DNA from: Polyangiales bacterium
GTDB lineage: Bacteria; Myxococcota_A; Polyangia; Polyangiales; Polyangiaceae
Direction of reading: 5' to 3'
NCBI GenBank assembly: GCA_038231275.1
Contig: JBBRLQ010000029.1
Location: 37,675 to 101,674, forward strand
Length of the DNA: 64,000 bases
The notes under the pieces: generated by a model
The model's database searches: none
Told to the model about the DNA's origin: nothing
The model's input: only the letters and a program-made list of their open reading frames with translations
Position numbers and translations under genes: made by a program
In this document: positions 1-9,629 of the stretch, in pieces
Layout of the letters: each line of letters opens with the position of its first letter
Numbering within the stretch: position 1 is the stretch's first letter

Positions 1-720
1 CGCGGGCGCCGCGAGGAGCGCGCGGTCCACGCCGGGAGGGACCGGCGTGAGGACGGTCACGGCGATGACCGACTCCTCGCGCGGCACGTCCCCCTCGCTC
101 TCCTCGCGTGGGATCGGGCGCGTCGTGATCCTCGGGAGCCGAAACGACTGAAGCGTCTCCCCGAGCTTGCCCGAGCGACCGGGCCGCTGCGGCAGCGCGC
201 CCTCGAAGACGGCGTAGAAGATCGTCGCCCCGCCACGCTCCTCACGGAAGAGGCCGTCGGCCTCGTAGAGGTGGAGCGCGAACATCAGGATGGCGTCGAC
301 GTCGGCGGTGCGCGTGCGAAGGGTGGCGATCTCGCCGAGAAGCAGCGCGTGGAGGCCGAGGCTCGTGAGCATGTTGCGGGCGGTGTCGACGCGCGGCGTC
401 GGGGGGAGCGCAGAGGGGTGCTGGCGCCACGCGAAGGTGAGCACGCCGTCCTCGCCGAGGCGGGCCATCTCCTCGACCCCGCCGCTGAACAGCGTGTCGT
501 CTCCGCAGCGGTACGCGATGCGCCCGGTGATCTCGTCGAACGCGAGGTGGTCGCATGTGGCGACGCGCGCCTCGTACGCCGCGAGGAGACGCTTCACATC
601 GGGCGCCACCTTCGCCGCGATCGTCATCATGCGCTCGTCGAGCGCAGGGGACCGCGCGCGCACCGTCGAGTCGGGCTCGTAGGCGAAATCCGGAGGGCCA
701 CTGACGCCCTTACCCCTCAT
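1..720 (-). CDS. Hypothetical protein, 3' end truncated by window edge (possibly DUF6882-like N-terminal domain)
   Basis: Manual translation from ATG at 720 (GAAGGA upstream): MRGKGVSGPPDFAYEPDS...LAFDEITGRIAYRCGDDTLFSGGVEEMARLGEDGVLTFAWRQ..., open to position 1; missing from ORF track because it has no stop inside the window. Confidence 0.7.
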   Translation of the reverse strand, partial: MRGKGVSGPPDFAYEPDSTVRARSPALDERMMTIAAKVAPDVKRLLAAYEARVATCDHLAFDEITGRIAYRCGDDTLFSGGVEEMARLGEDGVLTFAWRQHPSALPPTPRVDTARNMLTSLGLHALLLGEIATLRTRTADVDAILMFALHLYEADGLFREERGGATIFYAVFEGALPQRPGRSGKLGETLQSFRLPRITTRPIPREESEGDVPREESVIAVTVLTPVPPGVDRALLAAPA

Positions 721-858
721 GTCCTTCAGTAGTCCCCCGACGGCGGCGGGTTTCAAGTATTTCCTGCGAGAAGCGGCATTTGGACCACATTCGGCCACCC
801 TGGAGGGGCGCGGGGCGCGGGGTGCGCGTGGGCCGAGCGCTTGCCTGTCGGACGGCGC

Positions 859-1596
859 TCAGCCCATTCCGCCGGCCGCGCGGTCGATCACCCATGTGAT
901 CGCGCCGCGCACGTCGCGCACGAGGCGCGCGGGCGTCTCATTCTTGCTGCCCGACACCTGCCAGACGCGCTCGAGCGGTTCGTGCTTCGCCTTTCCGAGT
1001 GCCATCACCATGACGTGCCGCGCGGCCTCGATGACCGGCGCCGTCAGCGTGATGCGCGGCTCGAGGCCGGCGTGCGCGGGGACGGAGACGACGAGGCGAT
1101 CGGTGATCTCGACCTCCGGCCTGCCCGGAAACAGCGACGCGGTGTGCCCATCGTCGCCCACGCCGAGGACGATGAGATCGAACGCCGGCGGCGCCCCGGT
1201 GCGGACCGTCTTCCGGACGAGCGCTTCGTAGTCGCGCGCGGCCTGCTCGAGATCGCTCGCCTCGCCGTGCATGCGAAAGACGTGGTCGTCGGCGATCTTC
1301 GCCGGCTCGAGCAGCGCCTCGCGCACCATGCGGAAGTTCGAGCGATCGCTCGTCGGAGGTACCGCCCGCTCGTCGACGAAGAAGACGTCGACGCGCGACC
1401 AGTCGATCTTCGGATCTTTTGCGATCATCGCGTAGGCGGGGCGCGGCGTATTTCCCCCCGAGAGAGCGATCGCCGCGCGTCCGCGGGCGCTCACGGCGTC
1501 GCGGATCGATCGCGCCATTCGCGCGCCCGCCTCCTTGTACGCTTGCTCCGCGTCGGGCGTGGCGATCAGGATGCCAGGGACCACCTTCGTCGTCAT
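859..1596 (-). CDS. pgl: 6-phosphogluconolactonase
   Basis: ALSGGNTP, FFVDERAVP, LGVGDDGHTASLFPG, RITLT motifs; ATGA overlap with opcA stop. Confidence 0.95.
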   Translation of the reverse strand: MTTKVVPGILIATPDAEQAYKEAGARMARSIRDAVSARGRAAIALSGGNTPRPAYAMIAKDPKIDWSRVDVFFVDERAVPPTSDRSNFRMVREALLEPAKIADDHVFRMHGEASDLEQAARDYEALVRKTVRTGAPPAFDLIVLGVGDDGHTASLFPGRPEVEITDRLVVSVPAHAGLEPRITLTAPVIEAARHVMVMALGKAKHEPLERVWQVSGSKNETPARLVRDVRGAITWVIDRAAGGMG

Positions 1597-2744
1597 GTGC
1601 AGACCACCCCGTCTTCGAACACTTCTTCGGCGAACACGACCGACTCGGTGAGGGCAGGGTCCTCGGTCGGACGGTGCAGCGTGCGCTCGAGCACCATCGC
1701 TCCCTTGTTGGCGCTCAGGCGCACGCGCTGCTCGATCGTCTGCTTGCCGGCGACGTCGAGGCGCCAGACGAGGACGTCGGCGTCGGGGGTCGAGCCCGCG
1801 AGACCGCTCCCGAGCTCGCGCTCGATCGTGCCCTTCAACCGCACGCCGCCGGCCTCCGCTTCGATCGTGACGCCGGCCAGCGTCGTCGGCGCGACCTCGG
1901 CGGGCCGCTGCACGGTGCCGAGGTGCAGGCCAACGATGCCGCCGTCGGGGCGCTTGAAGCGGAGCGCGCCGCCGAGACGCGACGTCTTCCACCCGAGGCG
2001 CGTCGCCATCCACCCGAGCAAGAGAGCGCCCTCGGAACCCAGGCGCGTCCCTGGCTCCGAGGCCTGGCGCAAGCTGACGCGGGTCACGGCGTGCGCGTGG
2101 GGGCAGAGGCTCGTGTCGTCGAAGAAGCGCGCGCAGAGCTCCTGCCACGTGGTCAGGCGCGTCCACGCCAGATCCGCGATGTGGGGACGAGTCACGTCCT
2201 GCCGCGCCCAGCGCGCCAGGTGGAGGAGGCTCGTGAGCGACGTGTAGTCGGTGTCGAGGACGATGCGCTGCGCGTTCATGGCGAGCGAGAGGAACACCGG
2301 ATCGTCGACGTGCACGCGCCCCAACCACACGAGCGTCGTCGGGATTTCGGGGACGCAAAGCGCTTCGACGGCGCTGCCGACGCGGTCGCACACGCCGCCC
2401 AGCGCCACCAGGCGCACGCGCTCGGAGCAGACGATCTGCCCTGCCTCGCCTTTCACGCACACCGCGGTCGTGTCGGCCTCGAGGGCGTTGGCCTGCGCGT
2501 CGGGATCGAGCGCGACGATGATCGCCCGCGCGGGGATTCCGCGGGTCACGTCGTCGACCACGGGCGTGTAGAGCGCGGCGATCTCGCGCTCGCCGGCGAC
2601 GACGACGAGGTTCATGGTGCACGCGCGCGCCTTGGGCGCCTCGCTGGGGCTCGTGGGCGGCGACCAGATCTCGAGCAGCTCCTTCTCGATGCGGGTGAGG
2701 ACCGCGCTCGCCGGCGCCGGCGGCGAGATGCTCGTCGCGCTCAC
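1593..2744 (-). CDS. opcA: Glucose-6-phosphate dehydrogenase assembly protein OpcA
   Basis: RACTMNLVV, ICSERVRL, DLAWTRLTTWQEL motifs; GTGA overlap with zwf stop; lies between zwf and pgl. Confidence 0.88.
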   Translation of the reverse strand: MSATSISPPAPASAVLTRIEKELLEIWSPPTSPSEAPKARACTMNLVVVAGEREIAALYTPVVDDVTRGIPARAIIVALDPDAQANALEADTTAVCVKGEAGQIVCSERVRLVALGGVCDRVGSAVEALCVPEIPTTLVWLGRVHVDDPVFLSLAMNAQRIVLDTDYTSLTSLLHLARWARQDVTRPHIADLAWTRLTTWQELCARFFDDTSLCPHAHAVTRVSLRQASEPGTRLGSEGALLLGWMATRLGWKTSRLGGALRFKRPDGGIVGLHLGTVQRPAEVAPTTLAGVTIEAEAGGVRLKGTIERELGSGLAGSTPDADVLVWRLDVAGKQTIEQRVRLSANKGAMVLERTLHRPTEDPALTESVVFAEEVFEDGVVCT

Positions 2745-4282
2745 GGCTTCCTCCAGCGCCTGCCGTCGCGCGCGAGGAGATCGTCCGACTGCTCGGGGCC
2801 CCACGAGCCCGACGGGTACACGGGCGGCGGTGTGTTGCCCTCGCTCGCCCACGCGTCGAAGACGCGATCGATGTACTCCCACTGCTCTTCGACCTCGTCG
2901 CGCCGCGTGAAGAGCGTGGCCTCACCTCGCATCGAGTCCAGGAGCAGTCGCTCGTAGGCCTCGGGCGTGTTCGAGCCGAACGCCGAGCCGTAGCGAAAAT
3001 CCATCGAGACGTCGCGCAGGATGGTCTGCTGCCCCGGCTCCTTGCTGGTGAAGCGCAGCGCGATGCCCTCGTCGGGCTGGATGCGGAGCGTCAGCACGTT
3101 CGGCGTGATGCCGCCATCGGGCGCATGGAACAGGCTGTGCGGCACCTTCTTGAACTGCACGCTGATCTCGGTCACGCGCCTCGCGAGGCGCTTGCCGGCG
3201 CGGACGTAGAAGGGAACGCCGCCCCACCGCCAGTTCTCGATCTCGACCTTCATCGCGACGTACGTGTCGATGCACGAGAGGCGATCGACGTCGGGCTCTT
3301 CGCGGTACGCCGGCACCTCGTCGGCGCGGACGAAGCCGCGGCCGTACTGCCCGCGGATGACGTTCTGCGCCACCATCGAGCGCTCCATCGGGCGGAGCGA
3401 GCGCAGGACCTTCACCTTCTCGTCGCGCACCGCGTCGGCCGCGAGCGAGATGGGCGGCTCCATCGCCGTGAGGCAGAGCAGCTGCATCAGGTGGTTCTCG
3501 ACGATGTCCTTCGTGACGCCGGTCTGCTCGTAGAACTTGCCGCGCCCCTCGACGCCGATCTCTTCGGCGACGGTGATTTGAACGTGATCAACGTGCTCCC
3601 GGTTCCAGATCGGCTCCCATAGGCTGTTCGCGAAGCGGAAGACGAGGAGGTTCTGGACGGTCTCCTTGCCGAGGTAGTGGTCGATGCGGAAGACCTGGGA
3701 CTCGTGGAAGACGCCCGCGATCGTGTCGTTCAGCTCGCGCGCGCTCTCGAGGTCGTGGCCGAACGGCTTCTCGAAGACGACGCGCGACCACGGACCGGTC
3801 TTCGCGCCCGCGGCGGCCACGAGCTCGGCGCCCTTCAGCCCGTTGACGATGGTGCCGAACTCCGACGGCGGCACCGCGAAGTAAAAGAGGCGATTTCCCC
3901 GCGTGCCGCGCTCGCGATCCAGCTCGGCGAGGTGCTCCTTCAACTTGGTGTACGTCTGCGCGTCCTCGAAGGAGCCGGCGACATAGCTGACGCCGCGCTC
4001 GAAGTCCTTCCACACCGCCTCGTCGAGCGGCTTGCGGCGAGAGAACTTGGAGATCCCTTCGCGCATCTCGGCGCGGAATTGCTCGTGCGTCTTCTCGCGC
4101 CGCGCTTGCCCGACGACGGCGAATCCGCCGGGCAGAGCGCGGCTGACCGCGAGGTTGTAGAGTGCAGGCATCAGCTTGCGGCGGGTCAGGTCCCCCGACG
4201 CGCCGAAGATGACGACGGCGCACGCGTCGCCGGTCCGATCGTCCACGAGCCCCTTGCGGAGCGGATTCGCATTCGCCGTCAT
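2741..4282 (-). CDS. zwf: Glucose-6-phosphate 1-dehydrogenase
   Basis: GASGDL, EKPFG, RIDHYLGKE, RWGGVPFYVRAGK. Confidence 0.98.
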   Translation of the reverse strand: MTANANPLRKGLVDDRTGDACAVVIFGASGDLTRRKLMPALYNLAVSRALPGGFAVVGQARREKTHEQFRAEMREGISKFSRRKPLDEAVWKDFERGVSYVAGSFEDAQTYTKLKEHLAELDRERGTRGNRLFYFAVPPSEFGTIVNGLKGAELVAAAGAKTGPWSRVVFEKPFGHDLESARELNDTIAGVFHESQVFRIDHYLGKETVQNLLVFRFANSLWEPIWNREHVDHVQITVAEEIGVEGRGKFYEQTGVTKDIVENHLMQLLCLTAMEPPISLAADAVRDEKVKVLRSLRPMERSMVAQNVIRGQYGRGFVRADEVPAYREEPDVDRLSCIDTYVAMKVEIENWRWGGVPFYVRAGKRLARRVTEISVQFKKVPHSLFHAPDGGITPNVLTLRIQPDEGIALRFTSKEPGQQTILRDVSMDFRYGSAFGSNTPEAYERLLLDSMRGEATLFTRRDEVEEQWEYIDRVFDAWASEGNTPPPVYPSGSWGPEQSDDLLARDGRRWRKP

Positions 4283-4313
4283 TCGATTCGCTCTCCGATG
4301 CCTTGGATGCTCG

Positions 4314-5210
4314 TCAGGCTTTCTTCACGGCGTGACCGCCGAACTCGTTGCGGAGCGCGGCGAGCACACGCATTGCGAAGCTGTTGTCCTGGCGCGACGA
4401 GAAGCGCGCGAAGAGCGACGCCGCGATGGTCGGGACGGGGACCGCGTGCGCGATCGCCTCGTTCACCGTCCATCGACCCTCGCCGGAATCGTCGACGTAC
4501 GGCTTCAGATCCTTCAGCTCCGGATCGCGCTTGAACGCGTCCTCGGCGAGCTCGCAGAGCCAGGAGCGGACGACCGACCCGTGGTTCCACACGCCCGTGA
4601 CCTGGCGCAGGTCGTAGCCGAAGTCGGTCGCCTTCATGAGCTCGAAGCCCTCGGCGTACGCCTGCATCATCGCGTACTCGATCCCGTTGTGGACCATCTT
4701 GCAGAAGTGCCCGGCGCCGGCCTTGCCGAAGTAGCCCAAGCCGTCCTTCGGCGCGAGCGTGGTGAGCGCGGGGAGGCAAATCTCGTAGGCGCTCTTGTCG
4801 CCGCCGACCATGAGCGAGTAGCCGTTCTCGAGACCCCAGACGCCGCCGGACGTACCCGCGTCCAAAAAGCGAAGCTTCTTGGTCGCAAGCTCCGCGCTCC
4901 GTCGCTGCGAGTCGTGGAAGTTGGAGTTGCCGCCGTCGATGACGATGTCTCCCTCCTTCATCAGCTTCGCGAGCTCCTGGATCGTCGACTCCGTGGGGGT
5001 TCCCGACGGCACCATGACCCACACGGCGCGCGGGCCCTCCATCTTCGAGACGAGATCCGCGAGCGAGCTGGCGCCGGTGGCCCCGTCCTTGGACAAGCGC
5101 TCGACGGCCGCGGGGTCGCGGTCATAGGCGACGACCTTGTGCCCCCCGCCGAGGAGCCGCTTGACCATGTTCCCGCCCATCTTGCCAAGTCCAATGATCG
5201 CGATCTGCAT
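4314..5210 (-). CDS. gnd: Decarboxylating 6-phosphogluconate dehydrogenase (short GntZ/YqeC type)
   Basis: MQIAIIGLGKMG, DGGNSNF, DAGTSGGVWG, KMVHNGIEY, LRNEFGGH; purine-rich RBS upstream. Confidence 0.95.
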   Translation of the reverse strand: MQIAIIGLGKMGGNMVKRLLGGGHKVVAYDRDPAAVERLSKDGATGASSLADLVSKMEGPRAVWVMVPSGTPTESTIQELAKLMKEGDIVIDGGNSNFHDSQRRSAELATKKLRFLDAGTSGGVWGLENGYSLMVGGDKSAYEICLPALTTLAPKDGLGYFGKAGAGHFCKMVHNGIEYAMMQAYAEGFELMKATDFGYDLRQVTGVWNHGSVVRSWLCELAEDAFKRDPELKDLKPYVDDSGEGRWTVNEAIAHAVPVPTIAASLFARFSSRQDNSFAMRVLAALRNEFGGHAVKKA

Positions 5211-5617
5211 CGGCGTCCCTCTCTCTGTGAACTGTGTCTTCCGGTGTCTGCTCCGTGCGTTCACGCACCCCATGACGCGCGCGCCGCACGTGCCCATGGC
5301 GCTTTGGCCACGGGAAGGCGCGAGGATACACCCCTGCGGAGGCCGCGAAAGCCCCAACTCCGCGCGTCCGTCGCAACCACGCTGCCCGGAATCGCTCGCC
5401 AGTCTCGTGCGTTGGCGATGCTCATCCGCCGTCGTCACGTGCCCGTCACAGGACGCGCGAGACCTCGGCGTTTCCGATCGCGCGATGCCTCACGCCATTG
5501 GCCCGCACCTTGCCATGCGACACGTGGTGCTTACGTTTTGCATCACATCCGACTGAGTGGAGAAGGAAAGCCTGCCCAATGCGAGACCGCAATCAAACGT
5601 CTACTACCGGAGGAGCG

Positions 5618-5896
5618 ATGCAGTCCTCGCGACTGCTTGGCTTCGTGCAAGTGCACGTAGGGTCGCGGACCGTGGCGCTCCCCGTCCAGTCCGTCCCCTT
5701 CGCCACGAACGACGACGCCCGTGTGAACGAACGTAAAGACCCGGAAGGAAATCCGCAGGCTGGAGGTCTCTTCGAGGAGGGTGGCCAGTTCGGCATTCTC
5801 GTGGACGAAGACGCCTCGGACGCCGAAGTTCAAGCGCAAATCGTAAAAGCCTCCGAAGAGGCCGTGCGGCAGCTGTCGAAGCGCTACCTCAACTAG
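5618..5896 (+). CDS. Small hypothetical protein (92 aa)
   Basis: GGAGGAG RBS before ATG 5618; globular-looking sequence MQSSRLLGFVQVHVG... Confidence 0.65.
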   Translation: MQSSRLLGFVQVHVGSRTVALPVQSVPFATNDDARVNERKDPEGNPQAGGLFEEGGQFGILVDEDASDAEVQAQIVKASEEAVRQLSKRYLN

Positions 5897-5999
5897 ACAT
5901 CGAGCATCAGACGTTACGGAAGTGTTCAGACCACCATTTAACTGCAGAACCTTTTCCGCCCTCAATCGTTAGTAACCTCGAGAGGCATGAGAGCAGGCC

Positions 6000-6332
6000 A
6001 TGAACGACCACACCACGACCATGCATAGCGCCACCGATTCGCAGAAGCCCACCCAAGCCGTTTCGCAGGCCGTCTCGCATACCCAGGCCGCTCCGCCGGC
6101 AGGTGACGCGCAGACGGAGCCGCGGCCCAAGCAGCGCCGCGGGTTTGCCGCGATGGATCCGCGTCTTGTCGCGGAAATCGCGAGCAAGGGGGGCAAAGCG
6201 GCCCACGCCGCCGGCACCGCCCACGAGTTCACGGCCGACGAAGCTCGCGCCGCCGGTCGCAAGGGCGGCCTGGCCCCGCACACGCGCCGCCGTCCCGGCA
6301 GCCAGCCGCCCCAAGCGCCTCCGGCGACCTGA
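6000..6332 (+). CDS. KGG-repeat general stress protein (YciG/Con-10-like)
   Basis: RGFAAMDP..EIASKGG...HEFTADEARAAGRKGG. Confidence 0.9.
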   Translation: MNDHTTTMHSATDSQKPTQAVSQAVSHTQAAPPAGDAQTEPRPKQRRGFAAMDPRLVAEIASKGGKAAHAAGTAHEFTADEARAAGRKGGLAPHTRRRPGSQPPQAPPAT

Positions 6333-6358
6333 GCGGGGTTGATCCGGCAGGGTCGGGG

Positions 6359-6736
6359 TTGACCCCCGGCCCGAAAAAGGCGACCAATTCCTTCGTGGGC
6401 GCGTTTCCGCCGGTGCTTGTCGCGCACCCTCACGTGGAGGTGCGAGAAGATCTGCTCTCGGGCAGCCCCGTCGTTCGCGGGACGCGCATCCCCGTTCGCC
6501 GCCTATGGTCCTGGCATCGGCGGGGCATCACGGTAGAGACGTTGCTGAAGCGCTACCCGCAGCTCGGGCCGGCGCGGGTGCTCTGCGCGCTGGCCTTCGC
6601 CTACGACAATGAAGCGCTCATGGATGCCGATCTCGCGCGTGAACGTGCGCTGGTCGGCCCCGCCGCCGACGACATCCCGGGCGCGATGAAGCAAGAGAGC
6701 CTCTTCGACCCCGGCGCGAAGAAGCCAGGGACGTGA
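6359..6736 (+). CDS. DUF433 domain protein (HTH, antitoxin-like)
   Basis: LLSGSPVVRGTRIPV...GITVETLLKRYPQL...ALAFA signature; start uncertain. Confidence 0.85.
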   Translation: MTPGPKKATNSFVGAFPPVLVAHPHVEVREDLLSGSPVVRGTRIPVRRLWSWHRRGITVETLLKRYPQLGPARVLCALAFAYDNEALMDADLARERALVGPAADDIPGAMKQESLFDPGAKKPGT

Positions 6737-6789
6737 TCCAAAGCACGACGTGATCCAGATCACGAACGAAAGCGATCTTTGGCAGGCCG

Positions 6790-9021
6790 CTAGAAGACCG
6801 CCAGTGTGGTGCTCGGCGCGCCCGTCGACAGCGTCGGCGGAACGACGCCCTCGGCGTTCGACAAGAAGAGACCATAGAAGCGCTCGGTCCCGATCCTCTG
6901 CTGGACGACGAAGCGCTGCGTGTAGAGAAAGAGCGGCCGGTAGAACGCGAGGCCGAGCGCGGGCGTCGTCGAGACGAGCTTCTCGTTCGGGTCGACGAGC
7001 GTAGGCCAGATCGGCGGCCGCTTCACCACGCGCGAGCGAACGACGTAGCTCGCGTCGACCGCGAAGTAGTTCGTTCCCACGTACCAGAGCAAGGTCATCA
7101 CTTGTGGCGGGCCGTCCTCGACGCGAACGCCGAGGAGGTGCAGATCGTTCGAGTAGTCGCGCGGCACGCGATCGGTGAGCTGCGCTTCGATCGACTCGCG
7201 CAGCGCGGCCGCGCGGACGCCGTCGCCACGGAGGATCGCGGCGTTGTGGGCGATGCGCCGGTCCTCGAACGTCACAGGCTCTCCCTGCGGCGCGTTCGCG
7301 AGCTGACCGAGGTGGACCCGCCACTCCCAGGTCGCCCACGGATCGTCCTCGCCGGAGACGGTGCGGATCAGATCCGTCGCGAGGCCAAGACGCTCGGCGC
7401 CGACCGGAAGCCGCTCGTCGAGCCTCTTTGCGACGAGCGCGGCCCACGCCATGCTGCGATCGACGAACCAGAAGGGACCCATCGCGGTGATCGCGTACCG
7501 TGACGCGACGGTCCGCAAATCCGACGCCGAGAGCTTGCGGGCGTCGATGACGAGGAGACCCTCGTGCACGTCCTTGGGCGGAGGGTCCCACGGCTTGTCG
7601 ATGAAGGCGATCGGACGATCGGCGGCGTAGGCGACCGCGGGCGTGTAGATGACGCTCGCCGAGACCACCACGCTGGACGTGCGAGGTAGCGACGACGCAG
7701 CCCATTGTATCGCGAGGGCCTTGTCACGCTCGCTCTCCGTGGTTCGCCCTCCCTCGTCGAAGCGCCCCGCCGTGAGGCGCGCTTGCCAGAGGAGCGGCGC
7801 CGCGACGCGCGCCATCAGCGCGAGGGGGAGGAGGACGACGATCCCGACGACCAGCGCAGTCCCTTGCGTGGCGCGCTGCGCACGCGAAGCCTCCGTGCGC
7901 GCGATGGTCCGCTCCCTTGCCTTCAAGAGCGCGTCGGCGAGCGTCGCGGCGCCGAGCGCGATGCCGACACTGGCGACGTGCGGCCAGAAAATGTGCGTGT
8001 CCGCCCCTTGCTTGAAGACGAAATACTCGAACGCCGCCGCCGCCGCCCACGCCGGCAAGACGATCGCGAGCGGATCTCGTCGGAGGAGCCTGGACGTTGC
8101 GACGACGAGCCCCAGACCACCGGCCCACAGACCGATCGGCGTCAGCATCCAGTAGAGCCAGAGGAGTCGCCGCCCGCGGAGCACCTGCACGATCGGAGTT
8201 TCCACCCCGGTCGTGCGGTTGTTGTAGCTGTCGAGGAGATCCTGCATCCGTCCGAGCTTCGAGAAGAGCGCGACGTAAAAGAGGACGCTGCCGACCGTCA
8301 CGAACACCGTGAACGCGAACCACCGCGCGTGCGGCCGCTCTTTGATCCGTCCGAACCAGCGTCGCGGCAACACGTAGGCGCGCGCGAACGAGAAGACGAC
8401 GAACGACGCGACGAGGACCGCGCCGTCCCAGTCGATCTGCGTAACGAGGAGCGCGCCCGCGACCGAGAGCCACATCGGCCGCGCCTTCCACGTCTGCCAG
8501 AAGCGGATCGTACCGAGCGTGAACACCAGCCCGAAGAAGATCGTCGGCACCTCGAGGTTCCAGAAATTCGAGAACGCGAGGTCAATCGGCACGAGCACGA
8601 AGACGACGCTGGCGACGGACGAAGGGACCACACCGAAGAGCGTTCGCGCGACCCGATAGAGGAGCGGTGGCGTCATCGCGCTCACGAGCACCGCGGGGAG
8701 CCGCGTCGCGAGCCAGCCGTGGCCGACGATCTTGTAAAGGAGCGCCGAGATGATCGTTAGACCCCACGGGTGATGCGCGTAGGCGACCTCGGGGCCCGGC
8801 GTGGTCGGGTAGTAGTTGAAGACCGTGGTGAAGCTCTTCCACCGCGCCATCTCCTCGCCCCCGATCACGAACGAGGCTCCGGCGGCGTGATGGCCTGCGG
8901 CGAGGGGTGCGGTAATTTCCCACAATCCCACACACGCAAAGGTCACCCAGGCGACGACGGCCACCTGAAATGCGGTCCGCTCGACCGCCGCGGCGCTCGG
9001 GAGCTCGAACGATCGACTCAA
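6790..9021 (-). CDS. GT-C (ArnT/PMT-like, GT39/GT83) integral membrane glycosyltransferase
   Basis: Multiple TM helices; YAHHPWG, ATRLPAVL..LLY, NLEVPTIF pattern; TTG start at 9021 inferred. Confidence 0.75.
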   Translation of the reverse strand: MSRSFELPSAAAVERTAFQVAVVAWVTFACVGLWEITAPLAAGHHAAGASFVIGGEEMARWKSFTTVFNYYPTTPGPEVAYAHHPWGLTIISALLYKIVGHGWLATRLPAVLVSAMTPPLLYRVARTLFGVVPSSVASVVFVLVPIDLAFSNFWNLEVPTIFFGLVFTLGTIRFWQTWKARPMWLSVAGALLVTQIDWDGAVLVASFVVFSFARAYVLPRRWFGRIKERPHARWFAFTVFVTVGSVLFYVALFSKLGRMQDLLDSYNNRTTGVETPIVQVLRGRRLLWLYWMLTPIGLWAGGLGLVVATSRLLRRDPLAIVLPAWAAAAAFEYFVFKQGADTHIFWPHVASVGIALGAATLADALLKARERTIARTEASRAQRATQGTALVVGIVVLLPLALMARVAAPLLWQARLTAGRFDEGGRTTESERDKALAIQWAASSLPRTSSVVVSASVIYTPAVAYAADRPIAFIDKPWDPPPKDVHEGLLVIDARKLSASDLRTVASRYAITAMGPFWFVDRSMAWAALVAKRLDERLPVGAERLGLATDLIRTVSGEDDPWATWEWRVHLGQLANAPQGEPVTFEDRRIAHNAAILRGDGVRAAALRESIEAQLTDRVPRDYSNDLHLLGVRVEDGPPQVMTLLWYVGTNYFAVDASYVVRSRVVKRPPIWPTLVDPNEKLVSTTPALGLAFYRPLFLYTQRFVVQQRIGTERFYGLFLSNAEGVVPPTLSTGAPSTTLAVF

Positions 9022-9123
9022 AACGCGCCGGAGCGTATCGCGGAACTGCCGCCGAGAGAGATCGTTTGCCCGGGTGACCCGTCTTGAGGCGGACGGAGTA
9101 CCGTCGATGGTGGAGGCCACGTG

Positions 9124-9627
9124 ATGCACGCAGAGCGGCCGGACGGCGGCACGACGGGAGCGCGTGAGGAAGACGCGCTGCTCCAGGAGCACGGAGAGGC
9201 GATCGGCCGGGCGTGCATGGCCTGGCTGGGCGATCTGGCGGCGGCGCAGGCGGCGGTCGAGGAGATCGTGGTGATGGCGCTCGAGGGACAGGCGCAGCGC
9301 GGGACCGAGGGGACGACGCGCGGCTGGCTGTTCGGCATCGTTCAGCGCGTCTGCGCGCGGCGCGTCGAGTCGGCGGTCAACGTGACGAAGCCGCTGGGCG
9401 ACGATTTCGCGGACACGCAGCGCGCGCCGGGGACGGCCTTCGATAGAACGCGACGCGCGCTCGGGGAGCTGCCTCCCACCGAGCGTGACGCGACGATCCT
9501 CCGCTTCGTCGCCGGGCTCACTCTGGCGGACGCGGCGCAAGCGGCGCGCGTCGACGAACGAACGGCGCGCGAGCGCATCGGCAAGGGTCTCTCCAAGCTG
9601 CGGGCGCTGCTCGCGGGGGAAAAGTAG
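9124..9627 (+). CDS. ECF-type sigma factor (divergent region 2)
   Basis: RGWLFGIVQRVC (region 2) and LGELPPTERDATILRFVAGLTLADAA..ARERIGKGLSKLR (region 4); GGAGG RBS; immediately upstream of zinc-finger anti-sigma gene. Confidence 0.8.
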   Translation: MHAERPDGGTTGAREEDALLQEHGEAIGRACMAWLGDLAAAQAAVEEIVVMALEGQAQRGTEGTTRGWLFGIVQRVCARRVESAVNVTKPLGDDFADTQRAPGTAFDRTRRALGELPPTERDATILRFVAGLTLADAAQAARVDERTARERIGKGLSKLRALLAGEK

Positions 9628-9629
9628 TC

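Noticed and set aside
859..5210. gnd-zwf-opcA-pgl operon as a novelty
   Set aside because: Well-known oxidative pentose phosphate arrangement
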